This document shows positions 12,374-25,429 of a stretch of DNA of 64,000 nt, piece after piece. Where the stretch lies: contig NC_069003.1 in NCBI RefSeq assembly GCF_001194135.2, forward strand, positions 28,697,498-28,761,497. The letters run 5' to 3'. This stretch comes from Octopus bimaculoides. Taxonomy: Eukaryota. Each line of letters starts with the position of its first letter. Position 1 is the stretch's first letter. The translations under genes were made by a program, and so were the position numbers. Under the pieces are notes generated by a model. The model did not search any database and was not told the origin of the DNA. It was given only the letters and a program-made list of their open reading frames with translations.

Positions 12374-12404
<31 letters not shown>

Positions 12405-13063
12405 CACATGTGTATATATGTATGCGTCTATTTATCTATGTATTGTAAAGTTATGAAAACATGTTACGCACACGCACGCACTCATATATACACACACACA
12501 CGCATATGTGTGTGTGTGTTGTTTGTGTTCATATGTATGCATGCGCGCGTATGCGGACTTAAGCGTGAGTAATAACACGTTTGTATTGAATTACACACAG
12601 TTGTGGTAAATGGAAATGCAGTTTTCATTTCGAATCTCAGTGTTTTACATTCATTCTAAACTCGACAGAATTGATTCTATTTGAATAGCAAAGAGTTTTC
12701 CGGAATATCTCCGATCATGCCGAAAGTATATTGAATTATATAACAATGTAAGATAATAATTTAATAACTAGAGAAGGAATGATTGCCTTTACCATCTCGA
12801 CTATCCAAATAGGCAGTTTCCGTAGCCTCATTGGTAACGACTCGTTCCCCTTCGGCAGATTTCGGACATATTTCTCTGTCAGTATATATGATTTCATCAT
12901 ACAAATCTATGGATGATTTCGTGAATCCAAAAAGTTAACATAGACAGCAGTGTGCAATGGTTTACGTAAAAGAAAAACTATATTTAACACTAAATGTGAG
13001 TAGGGCGTTGTAAAACGCTGTAATACTGTAGTCAAAGCACATAATTATGTACCTTAGAGTGAG

Positions 13064-13114
13064 TCCTTACTGATGAGGCTACGGAGATTACCGAAACTGA
13101 ATTCAGTATAAGGA
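13064..13114 (+). ncRNA. Type I hammerhead ribozyme with fully canonical core
   Basis: TCCTTA | CTGATGA | GG-ctacggagatta-CC | GAAA | CTGAATTCAG | TA | TAAGGA. All conserved core nucleotides are present, helix I has 6 bp, helix III is palindromic, the triplet is GUA, and predicted cleavage is after 13108. Confidence 0.85.
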
Positions 13115-13194
13115 ATTTTCGAACGGCGTTTTCAGAAGATTATAGTCTCTGTCTGTATATATATATGTATATATATATATTTTATTACTTATAC

Positions 13195-13480
13195 GCCCTT
13201 TTAAAGCCTGGCCACGCTCATGGGCCCGATATTCCGGTTTCTATGGCGTATGTGTCCCCCTCGCAGGTAGACGGGTCGCCAGTCCATCGCAGCTTTTACT
13301 CAAGAAACAGGAAGAAAGATTGTGAGAATAAAGAAGAAAGATTGAAAGAAAGTTGGGGCGAAAGAGTACAACTGTGGTCGTCACCAGCCCCTATCGGAAC
13401 CTCGTGGGGCTTTAGTTGTTTTCGCTCAATAAACACACACAACGCCCGGTCTGAGAATCGAAGCCGCGATCCTCCTCCGA
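13195..13480 (-). mobile_element. SINE, family C (head truncated)
   Basis: Minus strand has B-box-like GGCTTCGATTCTC followed by GCGTTGTG..TTGAGCGAAAACA, similar to the head at 31649. GC-rich body. Confidence 0.6.
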
Positions 13481-13487
13481 CATACAT

Positions 13488-13520
<33 letters not shown>

Positions 13521-14814
13521 NNNNNNNNNNNNNNNNNNNNNNNNNNNNNNNNNNNNNNNNNNNNNNNNNNNNNNNNNNNNNNNNNNNNNNNNNNNNNNNN
13601 NNNNNNNNNNNNNNNNNNNNNNNNNNNNNNNNNNNNNNNNNNNNNNNNNNNNNNNNNNNNNNNNNNNNNNNNNNNNNNNNNNNNNNNNNNNNNNNNNNNN
13701 NNNNNNNNNNNNNNNNNNNNNNNNNNNNNNNNNNNNNNNNNNNNNNNNNNNNNNNNNNNNNNNNNNNNNNNNNNNNNNNNNNNNNNNNNNNNNNNNNNNN
13801 NNNNNNNNNNNNNNNNNNNNNNNNNNNNNNNNNNNNNNNNNNNNNNNNNNNNNNNNNNNNNNNNNNNNNNNNNNNNNNNNNNNNNNNNNNNNNNNNNNNN
13901 NNNNNNNNNNNNNNNNNNNNNNNNNNNNNNNNNNNNNNNNNNNNNNNNNNNNNNNNNNNNNNNNNNNNNNNNNNNNNNNNNNNNNNNNNNNNNNNNNNNN
14001 NNNNNNNNNNNNNNNNNNNNNNNNNNNNNNNNNNNNNNNNNNNNNNNNNNNNNNNNNNNNNNNNNNNNNNNNNNNNNNNNNNNNNNNNNNNNNNNNNNNN
14101 NNNNNNNNNNNNNNNNNNNNNNNNNNNNNNNNNNNNNNNNNNNNNNNNNNNNNNNNNNNNNNNNNNNNNNNNNNNNNNNNNNNNNNNNNNNNNNNNNNNN
14201 NNNNNNNNNNNNNNNNNNNNNNNNNNNNNNNNNNNNNNNNNNNNNNNNNNNNNNNNNNNNNNNNNNNNNNNNNNNTATATATATATATATCCATAAGGAA
14301 AATAAGAAATAAGTCAAGGTAGAAAGCGATAAAATAATTTTATCCTAAAAACATTTTTCTGCCGGTTTCAGACTTTTTCAACTCTAAGTATGGAAAAGAA
14401 TTAAATTTTGGAAAAATTAAATGAAAAGTGTTTTTAAAACAAAAACATGTCCATAGTATTTAAATGCAACCGGCAATTTCCTTGTTTCTGCCTGTCTCTG
14501 TCTCTTCTTTTTTTTTTTTTTTTACTTTTGTGGGATCGAGGTAGTTGTGAATTCTTGGCAGAGAAGAAGAACAATATTTCTTAAGTTAGTATGTCAGTGT
14601 TCTATACAAACGTTTAAAAATGGCAGTCAATTCTCCTTCCACCCAAACCACACTGTTTTACTAACATTTTTACTAAACACTGGCCTAAACGTATTGACTC
14701 CTCCCTCTGCCATGTTCACTGTTACTAAAGTGGATTCCAATACGCGAAACAAACTGCGTTTATTCAAGCAAATCGATTTCAGTACTTATTTTATTTAAAA
14801 ATAAACCAGGTATT

Positions 14815-15095
14815 TATATTATCGGTGTTTTTATACTTCAACCAATAGCATACTGGGATGTAAACAAACCATCAGTTTGTCAATCAATAGTGAGGATACA
14901 AACACAAATATGGCCATATATATATACCCGCACATACGCAATCGCACACACATTAATATATACCACGAGATTCCATTGTCTTCGTCATCCAAATCCGCTC
15001 ACAAAGCTATAGTAGAAGACTAGAGTAGAAGACACTTGCCCAGATGCTGTACAGTTGGACTGAACCCGAAACCACATGGTTGCTACGCCACCTTC
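14815..15095 (-). mobile_element. SINE, family B (degraded)
   Basis: CCAAATCCGCTCACAAAGC..TAGAAGACACTTGCCCA..ACTGAACCCGAAACCACATGGTTG is the reverse complement of motifs in 43733-43884. Confidence 0.7.
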
Positions 15096-15789
15096 TTCAA
15101 ATATAGAGCCATTTCTAGTTGTATGCTCTTAACTAAAATAGCAAGAACAAATTTCTTTTATTTTTGCCGAAGTACTCAATCAGAGCCCTGAATCATTAAT
15201 AAAGATATTTATAGGAGAAGTGAATTTTTATCAGATATTATGTCAAACACGAATAATTCAAAATTCCTTTGTAATGGAAAAACAAACCAAAGCTAAAAAA
15301 TAATAAAACCTAATATTTGTTTCCAAAGCTTACAAATGTTTATAATTGAACAATAGGATTCGTGTGAATTATTTATAGATAACACTATTTTACAGAATTG
15401 TTAACAGAAGAAAACAACAATAGGTTTACGGTATTTGTTATAAATGACATCACGCTGAACTTAGCAATTGAACAGCATTTGGTTAACGAGCTTGAAGCAT
15501 CTGAAGAGCTACACGCGTCATTGATTACTCTCTCAAGCTGAAGATGCTTTTTTTTTAATCTGTTGGATAACAAGAAACGCTTTACTAAAGTATGGAAGTT
15601 TGAAACAAAATATCGACACATGCCACAACGTTCATGGTGAACGATTTCTAGTTTCTCAAGTATTTATTTTTTCGAATGAGTTCTCCTTGGATAACAACTT
15701 AGATTCAGTGTAGCCTTGAAATATAAAACAGTTACTCGACATTTCTCTAACAGCTGAACGGGGAAAATTAGTTATTTCCTTTCTCTTTT

Positions 15790-15835
15790 AGTTGCCTCAG
15801 TCGCTGGATGGCGGCCATGCTAGGCCTTGGAATAT
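15790..15835 (-). mobile_element. SINE/LINE 3' tail fragment
   Basis: Minus strand CCTAGCATGGCCGCCATCCAGCGACTGAGGCAACTAAAAGAG resembles the tail at 8902-8947. Confidence 0.45.
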
Positions 15836-15921
15836 TTTAACCGAAAAAGAAAAGAGCAAAACAAATTCAGTCACCTCTGAATCATTTCCCCTATTCCATG
15901 TTCTTTTCACATATTTGATCT

Positions 15922-15963
<42 letters not shown>

Positions 15964-15966
15964 CGC

Positions 15967-16022
<56 letters not shown>

Positions 16023-16135
16023 ACTGTCTGTCTGTTTGTCTGTCTGTATGTATGTCTGCATGGGTGTCTGTCTATCAGTCAGTATGTATGCATATATGTA
16101 TCGGTGTCTGTCTGTCTCTGTCTCTCTGACTTTGC

Positions 16136-16186
<51 letters not shown>

Positions 16187-17988
16187 TGTCTATCTATCTA
16201 TCTATCTGTCTATCTATCTATGGACCTGTGTCCGAACGTACGCCCATATATACATGGGATTACGTGTGTCATGTGTAATTATACATGCGCACACATATAT
16301 TGAATGTGCTAAAACACACACAAATCTCCTGTGCATAAACGTATATTCAAGTTTCATTTCTTTCCCAGACATACACAAACATGCCATCGCTACGTCTTTC
16401 ACTCTTCCGAACTTCAGGTGATAAGAGAACTAATACAAATGATTGTGCCTTTATTATATGAAATAATCAGCTATTGAATAAAAACAAAATGCTAAATGTC
16501 TATGGAAATACATAATAATATTAAGCTTATTCAATTCCTAGTAGCGTTTAACAGTAGATTACAAGGTTATACATTTTTCATTCGTTAAGAGTTTTGAAAT
16601 ATCTAAGCACAAAATTAGATTTATTCACAAACGAATAAGAACATGACGGGAGAGAATATGTTACAACATATGAATATTTACTGCGATATTACTATTACAA
16701 AAAATTGTTATCTTTTCTAAATGGTTCATACACAATTTGTTACCGAGTTTGTATGTTTGGGTGTATTATAAATATATTGCGGCTGGTTTTGCAATTCCGC
16801 CTATTTGTGTAATTCAAATCCGAAATATATTTAGATAACATTGCATAACATTGTATTTCAAGATTTATAAAACTGAGGCTATTCTATTTCCATTTGAAAG
16901 GTTGTTAAATGAATCCAAAATAATCTTTAGAAATTGTAGCATTGACACTGAATACTACAATGTATTATGCATCTAGGAAGCCAAACGAGAAGTTACTTTA
17001 CATGAATATAGATTTTAATCTTCCGCTCGCTATTATGAATAATTTGGGTAAACATATTTCTATCAGTTTATCCAATATTTAATTTATTTTCCATCAACAC
17101 AGCTGCTGCTTATAATGAAGCATTAAGGTTCGTTATTTAAAAGATGATATTAATCAGAAAAGAAAAGCAAAAATATTAAACTGCGTAGATGGGCAACTGG
17201 GAGAGACAAAATACTATCGTACATTACCAGGTTTAGTTTAATACGCATGCAAGTATTGATAAACTTTTCTTTCGTTTATTATATAAATCTGAATTACGCA
17301 CAACCCATCCTCAAGACCTTAAGTAATATTCCACATTTGAATTTCATAATAGATTGTGGGAAAATGTTTACTGATATTAATCCAGGTTATAAAGTTATTG
17401 CAGTTTGGTAATCTAGCCTTTCAAATTAAGATATAATAGGCACACGTTTTTGAAAGCTTGCATGATAATAGAATGTAGTGTTATCTAAATAATTTACGAC
17501 TAAAACTGAATTTGTTTGCTTCTCGCTTCAATAAAGCAGGCAGATGGTTCAAGAAAGCATCTTATTAAAACATTAGCAACGTAATATTTTCATAATGGAA
17601 CCAGGATGATGCAACAGTAACACTTGCCAATACAAGTCAGGCTAGTAGAAATGTTATATCGTCGGATAGAATGTATTACCGTCTGTGTTCCAGATATTTG
17701 AGTTCAAATCTATCTGGGTTAGGTTTTACATTTTATTGGTTGAAAAATGATATGTTAATGCATTAGTGAAATATTTTAAACTGCTTAACGGATTAATCAG
17801 TCTCCTCACAAATTTCTAGCCTTGTGCTTATGTTGGAACTGATCCGAGTAAGAACAATTTGTCATTTTAATGAATTTTAATTACCTTCTTTTCTGATGAT
17901 GATATATATATATATATATGCATACCTACTTACCTACCTACATACCTACCTACCTACAAACCTATCTACCTACTTATCCACCTACCTA

Positions 17989-18025
<37 letters not shown>

Positions 18026-19885
18026 NNNNNNNNNNNNNNNNNNNNNNNNNNNNNNNNNNNNNNNNNNNNNNNNNNNNNNNNNNNNNNNNNNNNNNNNNNN
18101 NNNNNNNNNNNNNNNNNNNNNNNNNNNNNNNNNNNNNNNNNNNNNNNNNNNNNNNNNNNNNNNNNNNNNNNNNNNNNNNNNNNNNNNNNNNNNNNNNNNN
18201 NNNNNNNNNNNNNNNNNNNNNNNNNNNNNNNNNNNNNNNNNNNNNNNNNNNNNNNNNNNNNNNNNNNNNNNNNNNNNNNNNNNNNNNNNNNNNNNNNNNN
18301 NNNNNNNNNNNNNNNNNNNNNNNNNNNNNNNNNNNNNNNNNNNNNNNNNNNNNNNNNNNNNNNNNNNNNNNNNNNNNNNNNNNNNNNNNNNNNNNNNNNN
18401 NNNNNNNNNNNNNNNNNNNNNNNNNNNNNNNNNNNNNNNNNNNNNNNNNNNNNNNNNNNNNNNNNNNNNNNNNNNNNNNNNNNNNNNNNNNNNNNNNNNN
18501 NNNNNNNNNNNNNNNNNNNNNNNNNNNNNNNNNNNNNNNNNNNNNNNNNNNNNNNNNNNNNNNNNNNNNNNNNNNNNNNNNNNNNNNNNNNNNNNNNNNN
18601 NNNNNNNNNNNNNNNNNNNNNNNNNNNNNNNNNNNNNNNNNNNNNNNNNNNNNNNNNNNNNNNNNNNAGATTATAAGATTGATAGATAGATACATACATA
18701 CATACGGACATATATACATACACACATACATACATTGGTTGATTGCATCACCAAAATTGCCTATATGGGTTTTTATATCTTAGCAACAATCAAATGTTAC
18801 AGAAAGATGCAATTTCATGAAACAATTTTCAAAAGTGTCGTGGAATTTCCACGGGTAATGGCAGTTCCTTATTATGTTTATTAAATTATAATATCCTGAT
18901 TATTATTTGGAAGTTATTTAATCTTATACTCCCTATCATTCTTTTTCCTTTCGGGTCTCTTCAATTCTAAAAATTAGAAAGGATCACGATGGTTCTCTTG
19001 CAGGGACAATTGTTCTGCTTCTCTCTATTCTTTTGTCAGCTTGCATAGTCATTTGCCGGAGGCTTATAGACAGGTATCGAATCAATTATATCTCTCTTTA
19101 TGAAGTGAGCAGCCGTCATTTTAAACTGATTGTTGGATCTGTATTTGAATTTTCCACTTACTTTTTATCACTTTATCTGTGCAATTAGTTGCTGTTACTT
19201 ATTTCAACTGTGTGTATTTACACATACCCATATACATATACATATATATATATATATATANNNNNNNNNNNNNNNNNNNNNNNNNNNNNNNNNNNNNNNN
19301 NNNNNNNNNNNNNNNNNNNNNNNNNNNNNNNNNNNNNNNNNNNNNNNNNNNNNNNNNNNNNNNNNNNNNNNNNNNNNNNNNNNNNNNNNNNNNNNNNNNN
19401 NNNNNNNNNNNNNNNNNNNNNNNNNNNNNNNNNNNNNNNNNNNNNNNNNNNNNNNNNNNNNNNNNNNNNNNNNNNNNNNNNNNNNNNNNNNNNNNNNNNN
19501 NNNNNNNNNNNNNNNNNNNNNNNNNNNNNNNNNNNNNNNNNNNNNNNNNNNNNNNNNNNNNNNNNNNNNNNNNNNNNNNNNNNNNNNNNNNNNNNNNNNN
19601 NNNNNNNNNNNNNNNNNNNNNNNNNNNNNNNNNNNNNNNNNNNNNNNNNNNNNNNNNNNNNNNNNNNNNNNNNNNNNNNNNNNNNNNNNNNNNNNNNNNN
19701 NNNNNNNNNNNNNNNNNNNNNNNNNNNNNNNNNNNNNNNNNNNNNNNNNNNNNNNNNNNNNNNNNNNNNNNNNNNNNNNNNNNNNNNNNNNNNNNNNNNN
19801 NNNNNNNNNNNNNNNNNNNNNNNNNNNNNNNNNNNNNNNNNNNNNNNNNNNNNNNNNNNNNNNNTATATATATATATGTGTGTGT

Positions 19886-19925
<40 letters not shown>

Positions 19926-20860
19926 GTGTGCGTGCGTGTGTGTGTGAATGCTTGTGTTTGTGTGCGTGTACATATGTATATATAAATATATATATATGTG
20001 TGTGTGTGTGTATATTCATTTCGTGTTAATCCCTGATTTGTTTTGATTCTATGTTCGTATTTAGTGTACATCCGATTTTTGGGCCTTTGTATTATGGTAT
20101 AGCACTTTGAGCTACAATTGTAAGAGTAGTATAACTTCCATCAAACTAGATATGAATAGATCATGAAGACGTAGACAGAGGAAGATGTTATGGTACAGAC
20201 CCTTCATATAGTGTTAAGTTACCCCCCCCCCCCATATAGCTAACTGATTTCTGAAACTCATAGATAACCACTTCCCTAACTATCATAAACACGACAAGAT
20301 CTTCAATAGAAATACATTTAACACAAAGTTGCTTCTCCTGTATAGCGTTGATTATTTTCACTCCAATAATAACAACAACATTAGAAACATTCCCGAAAGA
20401 TTATGCAATTGAGGATCTCCAAGCAGCTGTCCTCTGTGCAATAGTTGTTTGGAAAAAGAATTAGACCGGCATTACGGATTTGAAAGGAACCAAAAACACA
20501 TTTGCTGGAATGACAGGTAATAGCTTGAAAGTCAGCTCATTCAAAATACAGGCGAGTAACAGTTTTCGCATGTGGCAGGGTTGATAATTTGCAAGTTATC
20601 TTACAGTAAAGTGCTTCTGAAAATTTTGCTTTGAAGCAATAAATAAAACTTACTGAATCACGTTACTCTTATTGCGGAAAATCAACCGGTTAAATTTTGC
20701 GACAAAATCATGTGAAGATATTGTTCCCTTTGTTGAATATTACGCAGGGTTTTCCAACAATTTCCAGTTAAAAGTGATGAATTATCTAGGGAAGAGTAAT
20801 TGTACCTTGGTATATGATTTCTTGATTGGACTAAATCAGATAGCAGTGCTGGAAACAAAT

Positions 20861-20965
20861 GAAACCAAAGTGGACTTCGGCGGAATTCGAACTCAGAACG
20901 TAAAGACAGATGAAATGCCTCTAAGCATTTTACCCAGCATGCTAACGATTCTGTGAGCTCACTCC
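20861..20965 (-). mobile_element. SINE family A, 5' half
   Basis: CGGCGGAATTCGAACTCAGAACGTAAAGACAGATGAAATGCC..GCTAACGATTCTG is the reverse complement of the family A head. Confidence 0.85.
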
Positions 20966-21772
20966 TTTCTCCCGTGTGTAATATTTCTATACAAAACACT
21001 TTTTCTTTAAAATATATAATTGCACTGAATTGTTTTAAAATTACCTTTCAAAATATTTGTTGATAAATGATGTATACTGATCTTCAGACAAAACACAAAA
21101 GTAACGTCTGTTGGAGTCTTCAAGAAGAGTAGTATTTTCGCTTTTGCATTATTTCGTATAACTGAGATTAATTAACACAGTTTGATTCTGCATTGCGAAG
21201 TGTTCAAGCTATTCAGTTTGACATAATTAAAGTCCATAATTATGCCTTGAATCTCTTGAGACTGTGTGTCACCATCACAGCAGATGAACAGTAAAAGAAA
21301 ATCTTTTCGAAGGTCAGACAACTGTCAAAGTAACTGGCTATTAAGTTAACATTTCTCAGCTTTTGTAACAAGCAGAAATTCTTTACGAATGATAGTGAGA
21401 GAGGAGTAGATACTCTAGTAGACCTGTCTAGTTGTTCTATTTAGATTTACATCATGTGAAAGTCAATTTTGAACAGAAAATAAGCACACTTTATCTTTAT
21501 TTAGTTCGTCTATTTTAAGTGGCGAAGCCCCAGAGAGAAAGAACTCATGGTTATTAAAGTACATGAATTTAATTTCGTAGAAACCGAAGCAGTATGTCGG
21601 CTCAAAATCTGGTCACAAAAGAAAGGTGAAGAATAAGAGGATGAGTCTAGAGTTTACTCTAATGCATTGATCTAGTTCCTTTTGTCCAACCAGCTATTTC
21701 TTATTTTTCAAACATTACCCCGCGTAATAATTTATTCGAGGTAGGGGATTTTCAGTTCTATGAGAAGAGTAT

Positions 21773-21890
21773 AGGCACAATGTCTGAAAATTTTGAGGCA
21801 AGAAGTTGACTGCATTGAACTCCGTCCCTAGCTGGTGCTTATTTTATCGGCATCGAATGGACCAAAAACAATGTCGACATCAAGTCAAAT
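21773..21890 (-). mobile_element. SINE family A, 3' half (degraded)
   Basis: AGGCACAATGTCTGAAAATTTTGAGG..CTGGTGCTTATTTTATCG matches the reverse complement of the family A tail. Confidence 0.65.
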
Positions 21891-22153
21891 CTACAAGCCT
21901 ATAACATGCTTTCCAACAAATGTTACGAAATATTCCTATTTGCGCTGAAAACTGAGCTAGTTCTGATGGCCAGAGCATTTTTATTACTAATTATATCTTT
22001 ATTTGTTGAGGAATAAGAGCAGAACCGCATATATTACACAAAACCACAGACACATGTGTATGCCAATATATACAGATATATAAATATATACAATTGAAAT
22101 GTCGGTAAACACGTGTGCGTGACCATGCAACATCAATACACACGGAGTCCACA

Positions 22154-22195
<42 letters not shown>

Positions 22196-23125
22196 NNNNN
22201 NNNNNATATATCAGGGTATGTGTAGGTGCGTGTCTGTGTGTATTTGTGTGTGTGCGTATGTGGATGTGGTAATAATGTAAGTGGTAATAATATTTTTCAA
22301 TATTATCGATTGACTTCATGAAATCGATAGAGGAAGAGAGAAACTTTACAAGGTCTCGTGCACAAACAGTCTGCAGTCGAATGAGTGCATTTCAGGACAG
22401 AGTATCTATATACACAGAGGGAGAGGGAGAGAGAGAGTGTGAGAGAGAGAGTGAGAGATTTTTTAAGCCGCTATAGTCAGAGTAGTGTCCAAAATAAACC
22501 AGAGCAATGTGATTCGAGCCCGTAGATGATTTAGATCTCATACTGAAGCCGAAGGTGTCTATATTGAATAACATTATAGAAAAGGAGGTTTATTTTTATC
22601 CTCATGGCATTTTCTGATGAATAGAAACATAAATCTGTCCTCAAATATCTTACCAAACATCTTACGCACCCTGTATATATATATATATATATNNNNNNNN
22701 NNNNNNNNNNNNNNNNNNNNNNNNNNNNNNNNNNNNNNNNNNNNNNNNNNNNNNNNNNNNNNNNNNNNNNNNNNNNNNNNNNNNNNNNNNNNNNNNNNNN
22801 NNNNNNNNNNNNNNNNNNNNNNNNNNNNNNNNNNNNNNNNNNNNNNNNNNNNNNNNNNNNNNNNNNNNNNNNNNNNNNNNNNNNNNNNNNNNNNNNNNNN
22901 NNNNNNNNNNNNNNNNNNNNNNNNNNNNNNNNNNNNNNNNNNNNNNNNNNNNNNNNNNNNNNNNNNNNNNNNNTTATTAAGTCCCTCTAAGCGTGAGGCT
23001 TTATTTTATAATAATGCCCTTATATAGATTATATTATATATATTTATGGAAAAAAATGTTGGTTTTTTTCCTTATGAGGTTTTTTTCACGCTGACTACTT
23101 GATAAATTCTTAAAAAAGATTTTAT

Positions 23126-23166
<41 letters not shown>

Positions 23167-24058
23167 ATGCACGCAAACACACACAGAGAAGTATATCTCG
23201 AAAAAAGAGATAGCGGAACTACTGCTCATGGAACGTACATTATTTCCAACTATTTAGATGGCAAACAGTTATTTATTACTTTCTCTCTCTATGTTGATAT
23301 GATATATGTTTACTTATTCCTAAAATATATGAAACCTGACAATCATTACTAGACGTTTACAATTTGATTTTAACCATATTTTCACAAATAACTTGCAGGA
23401 AATTTCAATCTAATTTGCATGGCAATAGTCATTGCGATATGGCGACAATAGAAATTTTTAGGAACTGTTTCTGCTAAGTTTTTATTGATTGATATTTATA
23501 GTAATGTCTAGACTACCCATGACCGCTGCTTCTCTGATGCTTCGCTTGAATGAGGTGGGGGTAAATCCCTGAAGCTGATTTCAACATTGCATTGAAATGA
23601 AAGTTGATTTTATGATGATTTCGTTAAATATTTCAATTCGTTTGTGTCATCACAGGTCTGGTTTACAAGTTCATGTTCAGGTTTTATTGATTATTTACAG
23701 CATCTAATAGAATTAGAAATTCTGCGATAAACTTGAACTCCAGTAACATCATTTATTTATGACATATGTGCACATTCCTATAAAAATGCAAAAGGAATTG
23801 TTATATAACGTAAACATAAAATTAATGGAAACAATTTTCCCATTTCAGGGTGATGTTACTTTTGGAGTATTTTCTCATTATGCACAGTTTTGCTATTTAT
23901 GAAGGTACTAAAAAAACCCGCCTATTTCGGGAGACCGTGGTCCGATTTACGTGAAACTCTTTTTTATTTCGTTTGTATTCACATTTCAGGGTGCTTTACT
24001 TTCAGAGTATTTTGCGATTATATGCCAGTTTGTGTGTGTGTATATGTGTATGTATACA

Positions 24059-24105
<47 letters not shown>

Positions 24106-24639
24106 AAGTAAACATATGCTCCTATTTTGAGGTCTACTCTTCCTGTTTGCATTACCATGCTTATATATATATGTGTGTGTGAGTGTATATCTATGTGTGA
24201 TGCGTGTGCGTGCGTGTAAACGCGTGTGTGTGTCTGCGTATGTGTGTATATGTGTGTTTATATTAAATTTTTGAAAACGTGTGCAATATTTCACGAGAAT
24301 GACTGAATTAAAATTACGACCAACCATATTCTCCATACAATATTATACTTCGAAATTGAAAACTTATCGTTTGAAGGTGGAATTGTCCCAATTTTTTTAT
24401 TTGATATTTTCTTTCTTTGACACTAAGGGTGTATAGGAATATCATGATTCAACAATAAAATGTAATGGCTGGCATGTACTTGAAAAGAAATGCATTTCTT
24501 TTCTTACAACTCAGAAATACCTTTCAGTTAGAAGAAGCCATATTTTTTCAATAAATGGGTTTTCAGGCCCAAAAGAATTTCCTCTCTTTTGAGGTTTCCT
24601 TATTGATAATGGATGCAATTTCTTCAAGTTTACTTGCAT

Positions 24640-24840
24640 TACAGTCGATAAAATCTCGATTGGTTTTTATTGTCATTTGAGGTATGTTGTGAGTGTATTC
24701 TGCAGGCCATCATAATTTTCTTCTGGACAATGTCCTGCCAACGTGACCAAGTTATTCGTTCACCAGATATATGATTTTGTACTTCAGTTGAGACTGCATC
24801 ACATTTGTGGTCATCGAACCAGTGTTTGACCCTTAGGAAA
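24640..24840 (-). CDS. Candidate exon, unassigned
   Basis: Acceptor-like tggttttag|G, then an open frame FLRVKHWFDDHKCDAVSTEVQNHISGERITWSRWQDIVQKKIMMACRIH...; less AT-rich than flanks; no strong in-frame donor found. Confidence 0.2.
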
Positions 24841-25365
24841 CCTAAAACCACTGACATGCTTAATAAATATACGACCCACATCTTTAATTCTAATTGACTA
24901 ATGCATATACGTATTCGATGTCTAACGCCACTTTATATTAAACGATTCAGAATTTCCCGTTTTGGGATTTATGTTTTCCAAAATAAAGATATTTATCCAG
25001 TCTTTGATTACACTAGAATTAGCAGCTAGATCTCGCTGTCGTGATAAAACGTTGAAAATTCCAATTAGTTGGTGGGTGGGCTGCCGTTGTTGCTTGAGCA
25101 ATGTGCCAAAATATGTTGATAAAAATCTAAAAAAGCAGAACGAAATTAAAATGAGTTGAAAGAAATACAAATAGAAAACTCTTCACATTCCACAAAATAT
25201 AAACCACTCAACTTTGATAATTAATTATATTATTTTATGAACATCTGATTTCTACAGAAACCTGAAGGCGTATTTCTTTAAAATTGAAATATATGGATGA
25301 TACTTCATACTTTAAATTGCAGATGAGAATACACACGCGCCCACAAACACAAATAAAAAAAAAAC

Positions 25366-25429
<64 letters not shown>

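Noticed and set aside
20345-20520. Protein-like frame TFPKDYAIEDLQAAVLCAIVVWKKN with a downstream donor CAG|GTAATA
   Set aside because: In-frame stop before the donor; no recognisable family.
22614-22639. CTGATGA-ATA-GAAA-CA..TG-TC hammerhead look-alike
   Set aside because: No helix II pair and no helix I complementarity.
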